Shown piece after piece: positions 54,493-64,000 of a DNA stretch of 64,000 nucleotides (the stretch's first letter is position 1; the number at the start of each line of letters is the position of its first letter). This stretch comes from Octopus bimaculoides (lineage: Eukaryota), in contig NC_068993.1 in assembly GCF_001194135.2 (NCBI RefSeq), positions 5,344,723 through 5,408,722 of the forward strand, read 5' to 3'. The position numbers were made by a program, and so were the translations under genes. The notes beneath the pieces are model-generated. The model was not told the origin of the DNA and searched no databases. It was given only the letters and a program-made list of their open reading frames with translations.

Positions 54493-55331
54493 NNNNNNNN
54501 NNNNNNNNNNNNNNNNNNNNNNNNNNNNNNNNNNNNNNNNNNNNNNNNNNNNNNNNNNNNNNNNNNNNNNNNNNNNNNNNNNNNNNNNNNNNNNNNNNNN
54601 NNNNNNNNNNNNNNNNNNNNNNNNNNNNNNNNNNNNNNNNNNNNNNNNNNNNNNNNNNNNNNNNNNNNNNNNNNNNNNNNNNNNNNNNNNNNNNNNNNNN
54701 NNNNNNNNNNNNNNNNNNNNNNNNNNNNNNNNNNNNNNNNNNNNNNNNNNNNNNNNNNNNNNNNNNNNNNNNNNNNNNNNNNNNNNNNNNNNNNNNNNNN
54801 NNNNNNNNNNNNNNNNNNNNNNNNNNNNNNNNNNNNNNNNNNNNNNNNNNNNNNNNNNNNNNNNNNNNNNNNNNNNNNNNNNNNNNNNNNNNNNNNNNNN
54901 NNNNNNNNNNNNNNNNNNNNNNNNNNNNNNNNNNNNNNNNNNNNNNNNNNNNNNNNNNNNNNNNNNNNNNNNNNNNNNNNNNNNNNNNNNNNNNNNNNNN
55001 NNNNTATATATATATATATACACACATATACTAATACATACATATTAATTGCTGGTAAGGAAACTGTATTTTGTTCGGCAACTGTAATATACTACTCTAA
55101 ATTCTATAGAATTTAGAGCCAGCACTGAAAGCTGCAATGTTTCGTATGTGAATACATCTATGTAAAGAATGTGATCAAAGACAGAAAAATAGATAATAGT
55201 TGTATATGCATACTTATACATACACACATACATGTACATACATACATACATATATATATATATGTATATATATATGTAATTGAACCACACTAGTAACAGA
55301 AACGTAGTACATATATATATTNNNNNNNNNN

Positions 55332-55374
<43 letters not shown>

Positions 55375-57289
55375 GTGTGTGTGTGTGTGTATACATACTT
55401 TTATATACATGTATATTTATATATATATATATGTATATATATATGTAATTGAACCACACTAGTAACAGAAACGTAGTACATATATATATTGTGTGCATAT
55501 GTATGTATACACACGCACAAACGTACTCACATACCCACATAATCACATGCATATATACAAATTTATATTAGATAAACATTATACCACATATTATTCAAAC
55601 CATCTGGAACTATCTTCACTTCTGTCAAAATATAGAAAAGTTTCTTCTGTGGTTGACAAATTAAACTCAGTCACAGCTGTCATTGCTTTGTGTTAAGTAA
55701 GTGTGTAATCACTCTAACTCAATACATATAAATTTTGCTTAAGTTTCAGTGTTTCACACAATTTTTAAAACCGCAAAAATTATTACAGAATAATTCCAAG
55801 TTTTAGTTTTTTCTCGTTGTATCAGAGCCATTGATTTCCTTTGTTGCCTATTTCATCTCTGATCTACATTTATAGATTAGTAAATTCAATACTCTTTGTT
55901 TTTTTCCCAGACTTTTATTTTTTATTTTTAAATTACAAAGAAAATCTCAAACATAGAATGTTAGAGACATTTTTATGTAAATGTGGTTTTGTTATTCATA
56001 TCTGTCTTGGAAATTGGTACTTGAACTATGTTAATTTTAGCAAATATATAATCAAATTCCTATATCTAAAATACCATCAATAGATTCTATATATTTTCTC
56101 CTGGCTGATGGTTCCATTTTTTTTCCTACATTTTTACCAAAGCTTTAGAATTGATAGTGTAATCTACCCATTGAATCATTTTACACCTTTCCTCGTGTAA
56201 CTTCTGTATGTAGTGTAATATCTCATATAAGTAATGTAAAAGAATTTCTTTCTCTCTCGGATCACCTTTGATGTCCCTTACTATCATTGCTTTGAACTAA
56301 ACAGCATGCTAAATTATTTTCTGCAACACTGCAACTCCTTATTCATGTTGTCTATGTTTTTGTAAATGTATGAGAATTCAAAAGAAATGCTTTCAGTCTG
56401 GAATCTGCTTTCAATCTCTCTCATAACATAAAACATTAGGAAGGTGATTTTTCAATGGTTTAATATTCTGATTTCGATCTCTACTATGTATTATTACTTG
56501 GTCATCCATTCTTCCAGGTTGGTATGTTAAATATCAATAATATCAATCAATAATATGAGCAGTTCAATCACTCAACTATTCCCTAATCACTAAACAAGCA
56601 GCGAATTATTATGTGGGCATTAACAAGTTATGGTGTCCCAATGTATTCTTGAAAGACTGACTTTTAAATTAAATTTACTGATTAGAAAATTGTTGGTCCT
56701 CATCGGTGTTTGTTTTTGTTTTTGTTTTTACTTTTTGTTATGTTTTTTTTTAAAGTAAAATCATAATTAGCATTTGATTAATTTCGCTTTTCAACTCTAG
56801 ATAATACTTCAAAGTAAGACATTTTAAATAAGTGTGAAGTACTTCTTTTCATATATACTGTCAAACACTTAACTCACAAAAATTATATCCACCTTTGATT
56901 GTCGGCTTATGTACAAAGAAATTGATTCTCTCTCTTTCTCTCGATTTCTCACTTTCTTTTCCTCTCTCTCTCTTTTTCTCTATATTTTTCTCTCTTTCTC
57001 TCTCCTTCTCTGTTGAATATCTTTCGGACTTAATATGCAAATTTTCAACTAATTCTCACCAACGTCTAGTCACAACAAGTAAAAATTGTGATACATCCTC
57101 TCTGATTCCATCAGTGGATCCACTTGGATGAGTCGTTCACTCACCCACTAGCACATGAACTATATGTATGTATATAAGTATGTATGTCATCATCCTCATC
57201 ATTTAATGTCCATATACTATGCTGACATGGGGACACACACATATATATGTATGTATGAGTTTGTATAATGTCGTAGTCTTTCTACCAGC

Positions 57290-57570
57290 CCTTCTGATGA
57301 GTGCCAGGATTGGGCTTTTTCCAAATTTCATGTATGAAAGGGATTAGTGAAATAGGATGAAACGTATTTATTATACTGTATTGTATAAATATTAATATAT
57401 ATATAAGGGTTCAGGATTCAAGTGAATCAGGTTCTTAGATAGTAAAGTACCAAAACAAAACTAGAGGAACGTATATGTACGTACCAAAGGACATACCAAT
57501 GTACAGATTCTTTAGCTGAAGCTAGTCAGGAATCATGAAGTGACATAATATTGTTCCTTGGAAGGTTTGT
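57290..57570 (+). mobile_element. Possible Penelope-like element relic with a degenerate hammerhead core
   Basis: CTGATGAG (57294-57301) ... GAAACGTA (57359-57366); helix I is not recognisable. Confidence 0.35.
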
Positions 57571-57747
57571 TTTAAGATGTTGAATTGGAGTATATTCACC
57601 AAAAGAAAATGTTTTTTTCATCAATAAAAAAAACTCGTTTGAAACAGCTGTAGTGAATGAACTAATTTCCATTTGTTGTCATTTGTGTGTATGTGTGTAT
57701 GTGTGTGTGTGTCTGTGTCTGTGTGAATAGATATGTATATGTATATA

Positions 57748-57783
<36 letters not shown>

Positions 57784-58774
57784 CATATACATTCTTATTC
57801 ATGCCTACTTACATACTGAGACATACACACACACACACACACACACTTAAATACAGGATGAGAAAGAGAAAATGGTAAAGAGAAGAATTAGTTAGACAGG
57901 AACTGGTATAAAAAGAAACTGGCAGAATAATTCCTCGTCATAGCGTTTCTGAAACAAGATTGAATTATATGTTTTATTTCAATTTTGACTAAAACAGCAA
58001 ATTTCTATAGATCTTCTATTTTTGCAGAGGCTAATCTTATTGGAACAGAACCATACAATAAGTCGCTATTCATTATAAAATTTTTGCATTGCTACAAAAA
58101 ATTATTTTTTCAAATGTGGTCAGAGAATACAGATGATTCTTTTTATAGATTTACTTTAAAACAAAAGACATTCTCTTGTTTCCCTCTTTTCCCCTTTAGA
58201 ATAATATTTGAAATTTCTAGAGCATTCTTTTGTCAATCTTAGTTACTTGAAGTTTTTAGAGAAAGAAACACTTTACAAGTGATTTGTTATTTGTTATGTT
58301 ACACAATTAATTTTGCTTAATTTTCAATAACAATTAAAAAGATTATTAATCTTCAGTAAAAGAAATTTGATAAAAATTAATCCTAATGAAAACTGATTTA
58401 ACATTTGGATGGCTGTAGTTAAGAAGTTCACTTCTCAGTCACATAAGTATGGGGTCATTGTCACCGTGGGCCAACCCAGGCAAGTGTCTTTTATTAAAAC
58501 CCTTGGTTGACCAAAATCTTCTTAATGGACTTAGAGAATCTCATCATATGAACATATGTGTGTCTCTGAGTGAGTGTGTTCATATTTCCCCTTCATGTGT
58601 GTTTGCTGTTTGTAAACATAGACAGTGTTGGATTGCTTTGTTTCCAGTTTTTCCACTGAAATATGTCCAGGCTGTTTGTTGTTCAATAGTCTTGGAGATT
58701 ATTACTTTGCTTGTACTAAGAGTTTCCCAGCATGCCACTGGTATGAATTTTGTGCATATATACACATATACACA

Positions 58775-58926
58775 GGTGCAGGCATGACTGTGTGGTAATA
58801 AGCTTGCTTCCCAACCACATGGTTATGGGTTCAGTCCCACTGCATGCCACTTTGGGCAAGTGTCTTCTACTATAGCACTGGGTCAACCAGAGTGAGTGGA
58901 TTTGATAGACGGAAACTGAAAGAAAT
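58775..58926 (+). mobile_element. tRNA-derived SINE family B, head region (an older degenerate copy lies at ~58405-58520)
   Basis: Homologous to 37007-37170. Confidence 0.9.
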
Positions 58927-59029
58927 GTATAACAGGTTTTTATGGTAGTGCCAGTTACAATTCATGTGTGTGTGTGTGTGTGTGCACAAATAACTGCACA
59001 AATTTATTACTTATTATTTATAGTTTATC

Positions 59030-59235
59030 ATCATAATCATCATCGTCATCCACATCATCATAATCCCCATCTTTTAACATCTTCTGTGCAAGAATGGGTT
59101 GGACGATCTGACAAGATCCAACAGATCCAAGAGGTTGTATCATGTTCCAGTGTCTTCTTTGACACAGTTTCTACAGTTGGATGCCCCTTCCTAAAGCAAA
59201 CCCCTTTACGACATGCACTGGATGCAGTTTTTTGT
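59030..59235 (-). mobile_element. RTE-tailed SINE family D
   Basis: catcatcat...ttttaacatc...gaatgggttggacg...tttctacagttggatgccccttcctaa. Confidence 0.8.
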
Positions 59236-59444
59236 GGCATCAATACTATTTTGAGTCATTGAGACTACAACAGAGAGAGGGGGAGAGAGGGTGGTGCTTT
59301 ATGCTAGAAGATGAAAGATTAAAGATTGAAAAAGCGGCCAGAATGGAATAGGTTTTCTGCTGTAAATAAGATAAATGGCTAATCACTTTATTAAAGCATG
59401 GAAAGAGTAACCAGATTAGAGCTAGAAATTAGAAATCAGAGCTA

Positions 59445-59690
59445 GGGCAGCGAGCTAGCAGAATTGTTAACACACTAGGAAAAATGCTTTGTGGTATTTC
59501 GTCCGCCATTACATTCTGAGTTCAAATTTCGCTGTGGTTGATTTTGCCTTTCATCCTTTCGGGGTCGATTAAATAAGTACCAATTATGCATTGGGGTCGA
59601 TGTAATCAACTTAATCCTTTTGTCTGTCCTTGTTTGTTCCCTCTATGTTTAGTCCCCTGTAGGAAATAAAGAAATAGATTAGAGTTAGAA
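59445..59690 (+). mobile_element. SINE family A, full head, different 3' end
   Basis: ggcagcgagctagcagaattg...ctgagttcaaatttc (B-box)...tttgcctttcatcctttcggggtcgattaaataagtacc. Confidence 0.85.
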
Positions 59691-59917
59691 AGAGAGGTTA
59701 AATAGTGTAATACAACTCTTTTAAATTTACTATGATATCTCATGGCTGGCTGCTGACAATTTTTCTGCTTTTGTATGGATATCTTATCCAATCTCTGCTG
59801 TTCGATCAGCGTTTATGTGTTTGAAAATATAATTATCATCTTATTTGTATCTCACCACTCTTTCAAATATATTTAAGTATTATAGAAGTGATCATGTTAG
59901 ATATATATCCGGGTTTT

Positions 59918-60357
59918 TTTTATTGTTTACTTGTTTTGGTCATTAGAATTCTTACCATGCAGGGGCACTGCCTTGAAGAATTTTAGTCATACACATCAAC
60001 CCTAGAACTTGTTTCTCTTTGTTAAGCCTATTACTTATTCTATCGGTCCCTTTTGCTCAACTGCTAAGTTGCTGGTAAGTAAACACACCAACACTGGTCA
60101 TCAAGCAGTGGTGGGGGACAAACACAAACACACACACACATATAAACACACACACATATACAAACACATACACACATACACACACATACACACACACACA
60201 CATATATTTCTTTCAGTTTCCGTCTATCAAATCCATTCACAAAGCTTTGGTTGACCCAGTGCTATAGTAGAAGACACTTGCCCAAAGTGCCACATAGTTG
60301 GACTGAACTCAGAACCACGTGGCTGGGAAGCAAACTTCTTACCACACAGCCATACCT
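59918..60357 (-). mobile_element. Full-length SINE family B with internal (TG/TA)n
   Basis: Head 60357-60206 homologous to 58775-58926; microsatellite 60120-60205; 3' part ending ...gaccaaaacaagtaaacaataaa. Confidence 0.85.
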
Positions 60358-60780
60358 GTGTCGATGTTATCAGTGCCAAACGTTTGTGAACTAACCTCAT
60401 CATTTCTTCCAGCCTACCTTTGGCAGTGTTTGAATTTCAAATATTCCATTTAGTTTTAAGTTTCCTTCAACACCTCGTTTATTGCAAAGCAAAAACAGCA
60501 AAGAATTTTCTGTTTATTTATTACCTGACATTAATTGCTGTGTTTGGAAATTGAAATAAAAGGCATGAAGACTTCATATTTTAATGTTAAGACTTTGTCA
60601 TACATGTGAGTCATAATCAGTTATAATATCTCAAAAATATATAAAGTTTAGATTTAACAATAAATGCCTATATATATATATATAATACATATATATGTAT
60701 ATATGTGTGTGTGTGTAAGTGTCTGTGTGTATGCATACATATATGTATATGCATATATATATGTGTGTATATATATACAT

Positions 60781-60925
60781 AAATAGGCAGAAAATGGAAA
60801 AACTTTTTGATCAGCAAACAAATTGACCAACATCAGGTTAATTATTTTTTAATATTAAAAAATAATTAGCCTATTTTGGTCAATTTGTTTGTTGGTCAAA
60901 AGTATTCTCCATTTTCTGCTTATTT
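60781..60925. repeat. 145-bp near-perfect palindrome (MITE-like or hairpin RNA)
   Basis: Centre between 60853 and 60854; ~63/73 Watson-Crick pairs. Confidence 0.9.
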
Positions 60926-61147
60926 TAAATTTGATTCCTGATAAACTTTTGTTTATTCTGTTATTACCTGTATCCTATGAGCATAGTGTGCTTGCATACC
61001 CATGTCCAGGCTTAACAGGTAATTTATACCGGTAGTAAGAACAAATATTCTTATCCCTTAGATGGTTATTCCAACTGCTAACTCTGCTTACCTATGTATT
61101 TATATATGCATAGATATGTATATATACATGCATAAATATATATATAA

Positions 61148-61202
<55 letters not shown>

Positions 61203-61357
61203 CAGAAGTTCATGTGTCTATGCATGTGTACAACATCTAGTACATTACAACTTAAGGTAATTACTATGTGTGTGTGTGTGTGTTTGAGGAAATGTCAGTA
61301 TTTTCATTACTATTAATTGGCAGGAATTTAAAGTTAATGCACGCACATGCAAGCACA

Positions 61358-61399
<42 letters not shown>

Positions 61400-61600
61400 T
61401 ACATACATGCATACATACATGCATACATATATAAATATTTTTTGTTTATAAACTAAGAGATATAAAGTACTGAATACAAGATATAGAGTATAGTCTTTAG
61501 TTTAAGCTGAAGCTTTACAAAGTACAATTAGTCTTACATTTGTGCACCACAGGTATGTATGTATATAAGTAATACGTGCATACATATATATATATATGTG

Positions 61601-61633
<33 letters not shown>

Positions 61634-62371
61634 GTNNNNNNNNNNNNNNNNNNNNNNNNNNNNNNNNNNNNNNNNNNNNNNNNNNNNNNNNNNNNNNNNN
61701 NNNNNNNNNNNNNNNNNNNNNNNNNNNNATATATATATAATGAAGGCTTATAGAAGTCAGCTCTGCTAAATGCCAATAATAATAATAATAATAAGGTTTT
61801 TGCAGATATATTAGTGTGTTTTGTTGTTTCTGTATGTATGTATCTGTATTTATATATCATTCATACCTGACATGGCGGAATTTAAATATTAAGTACTACA
61901 TTCCACTAATATTAAAATTATTTACTAAATTGCCAGATAAAGCACTTTTTAAAAGCCCAAGTATTACTTATAATTCTAATTAATACATATTCATTTTATT
62001 ATCTAATTAATTTTAATTGTTCTCAAATGGATTTGACAGATTATAAATTTATCTTTCTAATTCTTTTAGAATCTTTATCATCTGGATCGTAAATCTAACC
62101 CTACTTGTAAAGCAGCAAGCTTTATCTAATTATTTCATTAAATCCTAATTGACTTTTTATTTATTTATTTATGTTTTTTTTTTATTTATATTTTATTTTT
62201 AACTGACTGATATTATGGAATCAATATCTATGTATGGATATTTCTTTATTTTTTTTATGGTTAGTATGTGTAGTTTTATCAAAGTTGATTAGTATTATGT
62301 CATCCTTCGTGATCCAGAAGCGATAACCTTTCAGTATAAGCGAAATTTGCAGAAGTGATTTCCACTTGCAG

Positions 62372-62812
62372 GCCGCCAACCCTGCCGGGTCGGCCGACAT
62401 TGATGACTTCCACGGCTCCCATGCTGAACTGCAGCAACTGGCTACCCTCACAAAACAGTTATCAAAAGAATTCAGTGAATTCAAAAGACTGCAGCAGCTC
62501 TATGAAGCAGTAATGTTAAAGGCAGAGTTCATGAAACTTCTGGAAGAACTGAAAATTCTCAGTGTTGCCAGTGACTTCCCTGAGGAAGACGGCAAGACAG
62601 AGAATTTTGAGAGTAAACAGTTTGCCTTTAGTCATGCCACGCCGATTTATTCATCTGTAATGACGACGACTTCTGCATTGGATGATGACACTGACCACTT
62701 TGAGCATTACCAGTCTGTTGGGTCACAGATGTACACTACAACGAAATTAACACCAGCTTCCGCATCCGTGCAGCCTGTTAGCACCAAGCAACTCTCCTTA
62801 CACCACTCATGA
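62372..62812 (+). CDS. Probable protocadherin coding exon 3 (146 aa to stop; amphipathic/coiled-coil-like segment)
   Basis: Frame open 62327-62812 and GC-rich against background; acceptor gatttccacttgCAG|G ends 62371 in phase 0, matching the exon-2 donor; strong donor CAG|GTAATG after 62827. It is the only convincing unique coding-like exon downstream of exon 2; assignment to the PCDH is inferred. Confidence 0.6.
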   Translation, partial: AANPAGSADIDDFHGSHAELQQLATLTKQLSKEFSEFKRLQQLYEAVMLKAEFMKLLEELKILSVASDFPEEDGKTENFESKQFAFSHATPIYSSVMTTTSALDDDTDHFEHYQSVGSQMYTTTKLTPASASVQPVSTKQLSLHHS

Positions 62813-64000
62813 TTAAACTGTGGGCAGGTAATGAACTCTGTCTAGAGTAGCATTTATTTGGGGGATCAGGGAGTTTTTTTTTTTGTTTTTTTTTTTCATT
62901 TTCACAATTGATGCTAAAATTCGTTAAATGTTAGTCGGTTTAAGTTGCAATCATTTAACATTTTAGATTCTCAAAGGACATTAAAATTGTTTAGAACAAG
63001 CAATTTTTATTGTCAGAATATTTAAAAGAAATTTAAACTATAACACACAAAAAAAATGAAAACAGAAAATTAAATTAACTTTAAAATTAACCCTATAATG
63101 CAAAATAAATATACAAATTGTTTTCAAATCCAATATTAAAAAAAAAGTGAAAATAAAATGTAATTATAATTCAAATTTTCTATTTTACATCATTTAGCAT
63201 TACTGAATTTCTAAGAATTAAAATATATATTTATAGATGTATTGATTAAAATATAGTTACTGTTAATACTCACAAAACATCTAAATTCTTGTGTATTATA
63301 GGGTTAAGTTTTCCATGTCATATAATATCATTGCTGTGTTATGTTTGGTTCAGTACCTCAGGCAATCATGCATTTTCTTGATATATTTTGAAAATACTTC
63401 ACAAATAAACTTAAGAAGATTACAATTGTAAAATACAAACGATGAGACATTATGCAATTATATTCAATTAAAAGATAAAAAAACAGAATATTCTATAAAC
63501 AGTATTCATGAACTGTTTTATGATATAAGTAAATGTTGAAGATTTGAATCAAATTTTTAACCAGCAATGTTATTGGTTTATAAAGAATGTTACATAAATA
63601 TGGATATAAAATGTATAACATTATATACATATGCATTTATAATGTTTAATGTATAAATATGGGTATACAATGTCCTTTGAGGATTAATTAAAATGTGCAA
63701 AAAAGTGTGCAAAAAATTCAATATTGTTTCATTTGTGCCTTATATAAACATATATGTATATATATATGTGTACTAAGCACCTATGTATATATGTATACAT
63801 ATTTATATACATATATGTATATATATATATATGCATATGAATATATGCATAAATATATATATGTGTATGCGTGAATATATATACATATATCCATACATAG
63901 ATGTATATATATACAGATGCACATATATATATATATACATATATATATACATATATATACGTATATATATACATATATATATACATATATATATATATAT

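Noticed and set aside
61501-61558. Strong donor CAG|GTATGT suggesting a cassette exon before exon 3
   Set aside because: Upstream AGs lack a pyrimidine tract; most give phase-incompatible or stop-containing exons, and the one compatible 21-nt option has a very weak acceptor.

Overview
Eukaryotic, very AT-rich, microsatellite-dense draft-assembly window with at least 11 N-gaps. The repeat types and gene content fit a coleoid cephalopod, probably Octopus (inference). The window is dominated by one + strand protocadherin gene. A large exon (acceptor at 6577, ATG 6722, donor after 9397) encodes a signal peptide, 7 cadherin repeats, a TM helix and the start of the cytoplasmic tail. Two further coding exons, 27999-28493 and probably 62372-62827, splice on in phase 0 and give a ~1203-aa protein spread over ~56 kb, which the ORF track does not show. 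The introns hold several SINE families, an RTE-type LINE relic, an RLE-type (R2/HERO-like) LINE 3' fragment, an internally deleted mariner, piggyBac-like, hAT-like and foldback MITEs, and many microsatellites. The most notable items are the variable/constant-like exon layout with RVxF and WIRS-like motifs, dsRNA-forming inverted repeats just upstream of the last coding exon, and a stop codon five open codons before a phase-0 donor. No rRNA, genuine tRNA gene or CRISPR array is supported. Almost all other ORFs in the track are microsatellite or gap artefacts.
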